IMG/VR virus record: IMGVR_UViG_3300045988_114107
Coordinates: 1-14,846 of that record
Strand: one strand, 5' to 3'
Origin: a virus
DNA: 14,846 nt
Part shown: positions 9,090-14,846 of the stretch, in pieces
Position numbering within the stretch: the stretch's first letter is position 1
Layout of the letters: every line of letters begins with the position of its first letter
Notes under the pieces: model-generated
The model's input: only the letters and a program-made list of their open reading frames with translations
Database searches by the model: none
Told to the model about the DNA's origin: nothing
Program-made: the position numbers and the translations under genes

Positions 9090-9990
9090 TTTCGCTCTCT
9101 CCTTCCTCGTCTTCGTAGACGTCTTCTATTTCTTCTACGCTAGTTGGTATACCGTCGTAGTATTTTACTTCTATTTTTTGTTCTATTGCTTGTTTTCCAT
9201 TAACTAATTTTTTATTTGCTAATTTTTCGTTAATTTCTTCTATCGCTTTTTTTCTAGGCTCGAAACGACTATATCTACTTGCAACTGTTCCCCCTTGGCT
9301 TGCTAATACTTCGTCGCGTATATTACGCTCTTTCTTTTGAAAATTCATATTAGCAATTCCAATAAGTCGTAAAAATTCGTTCCAGTCTTTCTCTTTGTGT
9401 TCGTCTATTTTATCTGCTACGAAAGGTGCTGGCGCTAATACTAATGTTGTATCGTCTAAGTCTAAGTCGTCGTATGAAATAACTGTATTTTCCATACCGT
9501 CAACGTTATTTACTAAGTCTTGTATTGATTTTACTTTTTCTGTTTTTGTTTTCCAAAACCTAGGCGTTTTTTGTTGTGCTATATTTATATCTGTTGTTCT
9601 AGTGTCTAACGCTATACGCTCACTATATTGTAATATATCTAACCATAATGGATAGCGTCCGTTATTATCGTACATTATAACGAAGTCGTCTTGATTTTTT
9701 AATAGTTTAGTGTATCCGTTTTGTGATGTTACTTGTATGCTTGTAGGTCTTCCGTATACATCTAATTTACCAATATTTTGATATGGTAAAGCTAAAAGTC
9801 CTAATACTTCGTCTACAAAAAATGCTATACTTCCTTGTCTTAATAATGTTTTATTTAAGTATGCCGTATCTATATATTTTGGCATATTTGAAAACTCAAA
9901 CACATTTTCGGCAAGTGTAAGTAATTGTCTTTTATACATTTCGTAAGTTTTAAAATTAGACAACTGCGAATTTATTAGTTTACGTTTCAT
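9073..9990 (-). CDS. Upper collar connector / portal protein (phi29 gp10-like), 305 aa
   Basis: Intact ORF between major capsid and lower collar; LINSQLSNFKTYEMYKRQLLTLAENVFEF..., acidic C-terminus. Assignment from gene order plus sequence character. Confidence 0.75.
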   Translation of the reverse strand: MKRKLINSQLSNFKTYEMYKRQLLTLAENVFEFSNMPKYIDTAYLNKTLLRQGSIAFFVDEVLGLLALPYQNIGKLDVYGRPTSIQVTSQNGYTKLLKNQDDFVIMYDNNGRYPLWLDILQYSERIALDTRTTDINIAQQKTPRFWKTKTEKVKSIQDLVNNVDGMENTVISYDDLDLDDTTLVLAPAPFVADKIDEHKEKDWNEFLRLIGIANMNFQKKERNIRDEVLASQGGTVASRYSRFEPRKKAIEEINEKLANKKLVNGKQAIEQKIEVKYYDGIPTSVEEIEDVYEDEEGESENDTIL

Positions 9991-10017
9991 TTTCTTTCTC
10001 CCTTCTTATAAAATAAT

Positions 10018-10044
10018 AACGGCTAGATTTTATATCCAGCCGTT
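10018..10044 (-). terminator. Strong hairpin between capsid and portal genes (terminator or attenuator)
   Basis: Minus-strand RNA AACGGCTGGAU-AUAAA-AUCUAGCCGUU (11 bp stem with one G-U), followed by AUUAUUUUAU. Confidence 0.65.
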
Positions 10045-10050
10045 TGTTTA

Positions 10051-11448
10051 TTAAAGAACTGTTATACTTGCTGTTCCACTTTGTTCATTATCATATACAC
10101 TTGTAGCTGTTACTATTACTAGTTCGTCCGGTGTAGTTGCTACGTGTCCAGCTGGAATATGTACTTTTCCGTTTAAGTCGACAGTCGCTTTTTTTGCTGG
10201 GTCTGTTTCTGGGTCTTGTGTTATACTCCAAGTTACAGCTTTATTAGCAAAACCAGTAGTTGTAACAACTGCTTGTAATTGCACATCTAAACCAGCGCTA
10301 GCTGATACTTCGCTTGGGTTTACTGCTACTTCTGTTACAGCTGGAGTATCTATTGTAAATACAACGGCTGGTTTAAATGGAGAAGTAGAAAGTACTTTCC
10401 AAGTATGTAACCAATGATTTCTTTTTAATGTTTCAGGGTTATAGAAATCAGTCATTTTAGTATCTGCGTTATTATCCATTGCGTAAGAATAATCTTGGAA
10501 AAATTCCTCGTCTATTATTACTGCTGGTATATTTTTTAGTGCTGTTAATTCTGCTTCTGTAAATGGTACGTATGCGTCTCCAAGTAATTCTTGTAATCTT
10601 GCTTCGTCGTGATTTCCGAAACCGTCTATTAAAGCACTTCTTGACTTCATTTCTGCTTCGTTACGGAAGAAAGAAGTTGCTAAAACATCTGTTGACATAT
10701 CAGCTTCAAAATCTGTATTGATAATAGCTATTTGATTATCAAATGGTGTTGAAACTCTTACGCCAGCTGGGTTATAGTTTGGACTTCTAAAAGTCATTAA
10801 ATTTGATATAGATTTTAACTTCGCTACTCTTTGTCTTGGTGTTAAGTTTGCGTAATCGTCAATTTTAACACTTGTAATAGTTCCGTCTATAATTCTTCTA
10901 CATAACATATATTTATCTGCTATATATTTATCGTATTTATAACCTTCATATAAAGAACCTACTATTTTTTCGATTAAATCGAATAAGCCCCCTTCTGTAT
11001 TGAAAGCCATTGCCATTTGTTCGTCAGATGTTGTAGTTTTATAAAATTTTTGGTAATTAATTTCGTGTAAATAATTATATACGTTTGGTACTACATTTTC
11101 TAAGAAATGGTCTACGTCATTTGCAAATTCGTTATAATCATAAACGTTTGCTATATCTACTATCAATTCTCTAACTGTTTGCCCATAAGGTAAAGTACCT
11201 CTGTTAGCAAAAACTTCCCAAGGGTTTTCCCAGTAATTTCTATCAATTACAGTTAAACCTATTAAATTTATTGTATTTAAGAAAGCATTTTTATATCTTT
11301 CATTTGACATTATCAATTTACCTATTGGCGCTATACTTTCGCCTTGTACTGGTAAATCTATTTCACTTGCTAGCTCTGGTGTAGTATTTATAATAAATGA
11401 TAAAAGCTCGCTATCGTTATTAACTTTTAAAACTTTGTTTAAAGCCAT
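10051..11448 (-). CDS. Major capsid protein (phi29 gp8-like) with C-terminal Ig-like (BIG2-type) domain, 465 aa
   Basis: Intact ORF; size and position upstream of portal. C-terminal VTEVAVNPSEVSASAGLDVQLQAVVTTTGFANKAVTWSITQDP...ATVDLNGKVHIP...VTATSVYDNEQSGTASITV is an Ig-like fold signature. Confidence 0.82.
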   Translation of the reverse strand: MALNKVLKVNNDSELLSFIINTTPELASEIDLPVQGESIAPIGKLIMSNERYKNAFLNTINLIGLTVIDRNYWENPWEVFANRGTLPYGQTVRELIVDIANVYDYNEFANDVDHFLENVVPNVYNYLHEINYQKFYKTTTSDEQMAMAFNTEGGLFDLIEKIVGSLYEGYKYDKYIADKYMLCRRIIDGTITSVKIDDYANLTPRQRVAKLKSISNLMTFRSPNYNPAGVRVSTPFDNQIAIINTDFEADMSTDVLATSFFRNEAEMKSRSALIDGFGNHDEARLQELLGDAYVPFTEAELTALKNIPAVIIDEEFFQDYSYAMDNNADTKMTDFYNPETLKRNHWLHTWKVLSTSPFKPAVVFTIDTPAVTEVAVNPSEVSASAGLDVQLQAVVTTTGFANKAVTWSITQDPETDPAKKATVDLNGKVHIPAGHVATTPDELVIVTATSVYDNEQSGTASITVL

Positions 11449-11471
11449 TTTATTTTCCTACCTTTCTATTA

Positions 11472-11750
11472 TTAAATTTCTTTTATGTCGATTACTTCTT
11501 TTTCTTCTAATTCTTCGTCGACTTCTTCTTTTTTGTTTTCGGCGTCTTTTTTGTCGTCGCCTTTTAAAAATCTTTGTTTGTATTTTTCTTGTAAATCGTC
11601 AAATTTTGCTTGTAACTCGTCTATTTTAGTTGTATCTACTTCGCCTACTTCCATACTGTCTTCTATGTCTTCTAATAATTGTATTGCTATTTCGTTATCT
11701 GTTACAAGTTCATTAACTTTTTGTTTTAATTCTTCTTTACTAAGCTTCAT
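11472..11750 (-). CDS. Probable scaffolding protein (phi29 gp7-like), 92 aa
   Basis: Small, highly charged coiled-coil-like protein immediately upstream of the capsid gene. Confidence 0.55.
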   Translation of the reverse strand: MKLSKEELKQKVNELVTDNEIAIQLLEDIEDSMEVGEVDTTKIDELQAKFDDLQEKYKQRFLKGDDKKDAENKKEEVDEELEEKEVIDIKEI

Positions 11751-12018
11751 TTTCTTTCTCCTCCTCTCCTTTTTTACTTTTCTTTGTTCTTGTTTTTTTT
11801 ACTTCCATTGTATCGCATAATCGTTGCATTACTAATGTATTATTGTTTATAGCGTCTTTTAATTCGTCTTTGTATGCTAGCATAACTTTTGTATGCTGTG
11901 CATTTAATGTACTTGTTTCTTCCATATTTTTATCTGTTATGTATTTAACATACCAGCCCATACCTAAACACGCTACAATAGGAAAGCAATAACTACCCAG
12001 TAATTGTAAAATATCCAT
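11740..12018 (-). CDS. Probable holin (BhlA/UviB-like), 92 aa
   Basis: N-terminal hydrophobic segment LLGSYCFPIVACLGMGWYVKYITDKN followed by a charged Lys/Glu-rich tail; AAGGAG-type RBS. Confidence 0.55.
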   Translation of the reverse strand: MDILQLLGSYCFPIVACLGMGWYVKYITDKNMEETSTLNAQHTKVMLAYKDELKDAINNNTLVMQRLCDTMEVKKTRTKKSKKGEEEKENEA

Positions 12019-12051
12019 TTCGTTTCTCCTTTCTCGTTAGTATCTATTAAA

Positions 12052-12081
12052 ATTATAAGCATAAAATTAAAATTTTGTCAA
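12052..12081 (-). promoter_or_regulatory. Sigma70/A-type promoter driving holin/scaffold/capsid genes
   Basis: Minus strand TTGACA (12081-12076), 18 nt spacer, TATAAT (12057-12052), upstream of ATG 12018 and just downstream of the hairpin at 12087-12116. Confidence 0.7.
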
Positions 12082-12086
12082 TAATA

Positions 12087-12116
12087 AAACGAACATTTTT
12101 AAAAAAATGTTCGTTT
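12087..12116 (-). terminator. Hairpin terminator at the end of the tail lysozyme gene
   Basis: Inverted repeat AAACGAACATTTTT-AA-AAAAATGTTCGTTT (14 bp arms) followed on the minus strand by TATTATT; the lysozyme TAA (12101-12099) lies at the apex. Confidence 0.75.
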
Positions 12117-12734
12117 AGTTCTTATTTTATTTGTTAATACAGCCCAAGGAAATTTCTTGCGTTTTCTTGTAACTGTTGGTACTGGTGGTAAACCCCCCAA
12201 ATATTCGTACCAGTATTCTGCTTGCGTTCCTCTTGCTGGTTGGTTAGGGTCTGCTGGTCTTTCATAATTCGCTAAAAAAGCTAGCGCTAAATTATATGGT
12301 GTATCAGTACTTTGTGTAAATTCGTAAAAACTATAATTATAAGTACTGGTCGCTATCCATTGTATATTGTTTTCTACTTCATAAATTATCCTATATAAGT
12401 TAGCGTCCATTTCTGACGGGTCGCTAAAACCTTGATTTACTATCCAGTCTGTATATTTAGTATATGGCGTCCATTGTACTAAGCCGGTATCCGTGTGCTG
12501 TCGGGTCGCCACCTACTACGTTACTTTCCCAACGTCCGAGGGTTTATACTACTTTCACTTTGCATATTACCTAATACGCCAGCTACTGCATTTAAAGTCC
12601 AGCCCTTAGCTTGTAAATAAGCCCATATATAACGTGCGTTTACTTGCTCTTGTTCTAATGTTAAAGCTTGCGAACTATCGTATGTATTACCCCAATAATT
12701 CCCATACTGCCCGTGTTCTTTCTAATAATGCCAT
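12099..12734 (-). CDS. Phage tail lysozyme (Phage_lysozyme2-like peptidoglycan hydrolase), one gene needing three +1 shifts at CGG (12713-12711, 12538-12536, 12486-12484); 210 aa
   Basis: ATG 12734 overlaps the preceding stop (TAATG). Restored MALLERT|GQYGNYWGNTYDSSQALTLEQEQVNARYIWAYLQAKGWTLNAVAGVLGNMQSESSINP|GRWESNVVGGDPTAHGY|GLVQWTPYTKYTDWIVNQGF... matches the remembered layout AGxLGNMQxES...INPG...GYGLVQWTP. Confidence 0.85.
12484..12486 (-). other. CGG +1 recoding site 10 (TAC CGGC TTA -> Y-G-L) in tail lysozyme
   Basis: Restores the family motif GYGLVQWTPYTKY into ORF 12512-12099. Confidence 0.92.
12536..12538 (-). other. CGG +1 recoding site 9 (CCT CGGA CGT -> P-G-R) in tail lysozyme
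   Basis: Restores GNMQSESSINPGRWESNVVGG; zero frame stops at RTLGK*. Confidence 0.88.
12711..12713 (-). other. CGG +1 recoding site 8 (ACA CGGG CAG -> T-G-Q) in tail lysozyme
   Basis: Eighth codon of the gene; zero frame stops at ...VWELLG*; +1 frame open as GQYGNYWGNTYDSSQAL... Confidence 0.8.
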
Positions 12735-13543
12735 TATTTAATCACCAACTTTTGATTTGGAAAAATTAAATTAGGGTTTGCAATATTATTATCTTTTGCT
12801 ATTTTTTGGTATGTTGTATTAAATTTTTGCGCTATTTCTGATAATGTATCGCCCGATTTTACTATGTATATTGTTTCATTTGTTTCTTGTGAAACATTTG
12901 TATATATTTTTAATTTTTGATTTGGATATATTAAATTAGGGTTTTTAATATTATTATCTTTTGCTATTTTTTGGTATGTTGTATTATATTTTTCTGCTAT
13001 TTCTGATAATGTGTCCCCGCTTTTTACTATGTATTCTATATAATTTTTTGAATTATCAACAGAGTTTTCCACATTTTCCACATTGTCATATTTTGTTAAA
13101 TTGTTACTATTGATTATTGACATTATAGTATTTATATATGTTGGACTTGTAGCATAACCCCCGTTTTTTATTGCTGTTATACACTCTAACGGTGTTTCTG
13201 CTACTGTTGCTTTTCTGTATCTTTCTAATTTTGTTATTAAGTCGAAATAATCTGATATACTTTCTGCTAAACTGTTATATGCTCTGAAACAAGCTGTAAT
13301 ATTTGTATATGTACTTCCGTCGTAACACTCTTGAGTATTTGCATTATATACTTTACCTTTCCAACTAGATGTTGCTTTTATCCCAAAAATTGCATTTGCT
13401 TTCATCATTATTTTACTTTGTCCCCAACCACTTTCACATATTGCTTGCGCGATTACTACGCTTGAAAATAAAGGATAACCCCTTTTTTTGTTTTCTGCTT
13501 GTACTAATGGTGCTATTGTTGGTATAAATTCACTTTTATTCAT
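12734..13543 (-). CDS. Endolysin: N-terminal glucosaminidase-type domain plus two LysM repeats, 269 aa
   Basis: [52 protein letters not shown]...[12 protein letters not shown] is a glucosaminidase/Flg_hydrolase pattern; two [13 protein letters not shown]...[13 protein letters not shown] LysM units. Confidence 0.9.
   Translation of the reverse strand: MNKSEFIPTIAPLVQAENKKRGYPLFSSVVIAQAICESGWGQSKIMMKANAIFGIKATSSWKGKVYNANTQECYDGSTYTNITACFRAYNSLAESISDYFDLITKLERYRKATVAETPLECITAIKNGGYATSPTYINTIMSIINSNNLTKYDNVENVENSVDNSKNYIEYIVKSGDTLSEIAEKYNTTYQKIAKDNNIKNPNLIYPNQKLKIYTNVSQETNETIYIVKSGDTLSEIAQKFNTTYQKIAKDNNIANPNLIFPNQKLVIK
12737..12868 (-). repeat. LysM repeat 2 ([44 protein letters not shown])
   Basis: Near-identical to the unit at 12905-13033 at protein and DNA level. 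Confidence 0.85.
12905..13033 (-). repeat. LysM repeat 1 ([43 protein letters not shown])
   Basis: Tandem homologue of LysM repeat 2 separated by a short Thr/Asn/Glu-rich linker. Confidence 0.85.
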
Positions 13544-13545
13544 AT

Positions 13546-13710
13546 TTATTCCCCCTTCTTATAAAATGGTAGTATTATTTTACTATCTATTATATTTTCT
13601 ATTATACTTATATTTGCGTCTAATGTCAATTTTGCATTGTATAAATATTCAAATTTGCTTTCGTATGTTACGCCCTTGTATTCTAGTTTTATTACTATTT
13701 CTAATTCCAT
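13546..13710 (-). CDS. Small hypothetical protein, 54 aa (not in supplied track)
   Basis: ATG 13710 with upstream AGGAG: [54 protein letters not shown]; fills the gap between neighbouring genes. Confidence 0.6.
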   Translation of the reverse strand: MELEIVIKLEYKGVTYESKFEYLYNAKLTLDANISIIENIIDSKIILPFYKKGE

Positions 13711-13712
13711 TT

Positions 13713-13979
13713 TTATTCTCCTTTCTTAAATACTTCTTCATATATTTTAAATTGTACCCCATTTAATATATGTTGTAATATTCCTTTTTCTTTTAAAGTA
13801 TATGGAAAACTAAAATATATAACATAATTAAATTTTTCTATAAATATTTTAATATTTATATCATTACCAAACACTAATACTTGTACTACTCCGTTAATAT
13901 GTTTTTGTAGTTTTACTCCTATATCATACCAAAAATTTTGATATTCTAAGGGTAAATTACTTTTTAATATATCTATCAT
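13713..13979 (-). CDS. Hypothetical protein, 88 aa
   Basis: ORF with AGGAG RBS (GAAAGGAGAATAAAT) packed between neighbours; no recognisable domain. Confidence 0.55.
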   Translation of the reverse strand: MIDILKSNLPLEYQNFWYDIGVKLQKHINGVVQVLVFGNDINIKIFIEKFNYVIYFSFPYTLKEKGILQHILNGVQFKIYEEVFKKGE

Positions 13980-13993
13980 ATTTATTCTCCTTT

Positions 13994-14410
13994 CTAGTCT
14001 ATTCTTGGTATATGATTATCTACTTTTTCTAAAAATAATGCGTTACGTGTTAATAATTCTAATACTGTTTTATTTGTTAATCTGTTATAATAATTAAATT
14101 GTTTTTGTATTTGTTCTGTTGCTGTTGCTTTCGCTGTTCGCATTGCTCTTTCTACTCTTGTTCTTGTAGTATTATGTATTTTTGCTACATCATTATAAAC
14201 TTTTTCTATTGTATTATCATATTTATTATAATTTTTTCGATATTGTTGTATTGCTGTTATCCAATAATAAAATCCAATACTTGTTACATTAAATTGTAAT
14301 TGTAATAACATTTTATTTATTCCGTAATACATCTGCCCGTAATGTCTACTACCTATTTTAATTTCATATTGTTTATTTAATATATTATCCTCAATTTTAT
14401 AATATCCCAT
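13994..14410 (-). CDS. Spo0A C-terminal-like DNA-binding protein, 138 aa
   Basis: VTSIGFYYWITAIQQYRKN...IEKVYNDVAKIHNTTRTRVERAMRTAKATA...YYNRLTNKTVLELLTRNALF parallels the Spo0A C-terminal pattern (G....GY.YLREAI...YP.IAKK.NTT.SRVERAIRHAIE...PTN.EFI...AD.L). Confidence 0.65.
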   Translation of the reverse strand: MGYYKIEDNILNKQYEIKIGSRHYGQMYYGINKMLLQLQFNVTSIGFYYWITAIQQYRKNYNKYDNTIEKVYNDVAKIHNTTRTRVERAMRTAKATATEQIQKQFNYYNRLTNKTVLELLTRNALFLEKVDNHIPRID

Positions 14411-14412
14411 AT

Positions 14413-14568
14413 TTATTCGCCCCCTTTCATTATTTTATTATCTATGTATTTCTCATATTGCTCGAATGTTATAAGTCCGTCTATTGCATATTTAAAGTAT
14501 CTATGTTCTTTGTCATAACCTTTTCGTTTTAGCTTTATATAAGCTATTAGTAATTTAATTCTTTTCAT
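14413..14568 (-). CDS. Small basic hypothetical protein, 51 aa (not in supplied track)
   Basis: MKRIKLLIAYIKLKRKGYDKEHRYFKYAIDGLITFEQYEKYIDNKIMKGGE*; RBS GAGGGAG; overlaps the previous stop region as in compact operons. Confidence 0.55.
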   Translation of the reverse strand: MKRIKLLIAYIKLKRKGYDKEHRYFKYAIDGLITFEQYEKYIDNKIMKGGE

Positions 14569-14653
14569 TTTCTCCCTCTTTTCCTAATATAAATAAACAC
14601 ATAGTTACTATTCCCATATAATAACTTAATAATGATATTATTAAATATTTCAT
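14555..14653 (-). CDS. Small putative membrane peptide, 32 aa (not in supplied track)
   Basis: MKYLIISLLSYYMGIVTMCLFILGKEGENEKN*; RBS AAGGAGAATAAAT; hydrophobic. Confidence 0.4.
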   Translation of the reverse strand: MKYLIISLLSYYMGIVTMCLFILGKEGENEKN

Positions 14654-14655
14654 AT

Positions 14656-14817
14656 TTATTCTCCTTCATAAAAATAATTATTTGCTTTTGCTACTAACCA
14701 TAACCAACCTAATGATAAGAATTTTAATGCTACTATTCCTATTGTTATTTCTTCTTGTTCGCCTATTAAATATAAAAATGCTAATATTGATATTATACTT
14801 ATTATAGCTTTTTTCAT
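14656..14817 (-). CDS. Small putative membrane protein, 53 aa (not in supplied track)
   Basis: MKKAIISIISILAFLYLIGEQEEITIGIVALKFLSLGWLWLVAKANNYFYEGE*; two hydrophobic segments; AAAGGAGATG upstream. Confidence 0.5.
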   Translation of the reverse strand: MKKAIISIISILAFLYLIGEQEEITIGIVALKFLSLGWLWLVAKANNYFYEGE

Positions 14818-14846
14818 TTGTTTTCATCTCCTTTCGACATATTTAT

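Noticed and set aside
9395-9655. ORF 9395-9655 (+)
   Set aside because: Antisense to the portal gene, no RBS, no domain.
11435-11820. ORFs 11435-11629 and 11485-11820 (+)
   Set aside because: Antisense to Lys/Glu-rich scaffold and holin genes, giving Ser/Phe/Leu-rich shadow translations.
615-12713. Sequencing or assembly indel errors
   Set aside because: Not fully excluded without reads, but the sites are not homopolymers, share no longer motif beyond CGG, and the many out-of-frame CGG trinucleotides inside intact genes are unaffected; errors would not avoid those. Raw read inspection would settle it.
615-12713. CGG reassigned as a normal 3-base sense codon (e.g. Gln or Trp as in some bacteria)
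   Set aside because: A triplet reassignment would not restore the frame; every site needs a net +1 shift to keep the homologous protein.
13488-13766. ORF 13488-13766 (+)
   Set aside because: Antisense to endolysin start and small minus-strand genes with good RBSs.
14099-14299. ORF 14099-14299 (+)
   Set aside because: Antisense to the Spo0A-like gene; Cys/Phe-rich shadow product.
1-14846. CRISPR array, tRNA or phi29-type pRNA genes, inverted terminal repeats
   Set aside because: No repeat-spacer array seen; no tRNA-like cloverleaf spotted by eye in the very small intergenic spaces; window ends are not inverted copies, so the genome ends (where pRNA or an unusual tRNA may lie) are probably outside the window.

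Overview
The window is part of a small AT-rich, phi29-like phage (Picovirinae/Salasmaviridae-type gene set). The plus strand carries an SSB-like protein, terminal protein, protein-primed family B DNA polymerase, packaging ATPase and tail knob. These converge on a terminator with a minus-strand block: SGNH-domain appendage/receptor-binding protein, lower collar, portal/upper collar, major capsid with an Ig-like tail, scaffold, holin, tail lysozyme, LysM endolysin, and small ORFs including a Spo0A C-terminal-like protein. The main observation is that five essential genes (terminal protein, DNA polymerase, packaging ATPase, tail knob, tail lysozyme) look broken in the ORF track. Each is restored to one full-length protein by a net +1 shift exactly at in-frame CGG codons. 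I find 10 such sites: 615, 937, 2072, 3141, 3298, 3637 and 6092 on +, and CGG at 12713-12711, 12538-12536 and 12486-12484 on -. By manual scan they are the only in-frame CGG codons in about 4,800 codons, although CGG is common out of frame. Reading resumes at the overlapping GGN codon (NNN C|GGN), so CGGN behaves like a four-base glycine word or an unassigned, skipped codon. Where I can recall the family motifs (phi29 pol YxGG/A, pol C-terminal PGGVVLVDD, tail lysozyme GYGLVQW), the restored residue is the expected Gly. This is a candidate for genome-wide CGG-dependent +1 recoding or natural quadruplet decoding, rather than pseudogenisation.
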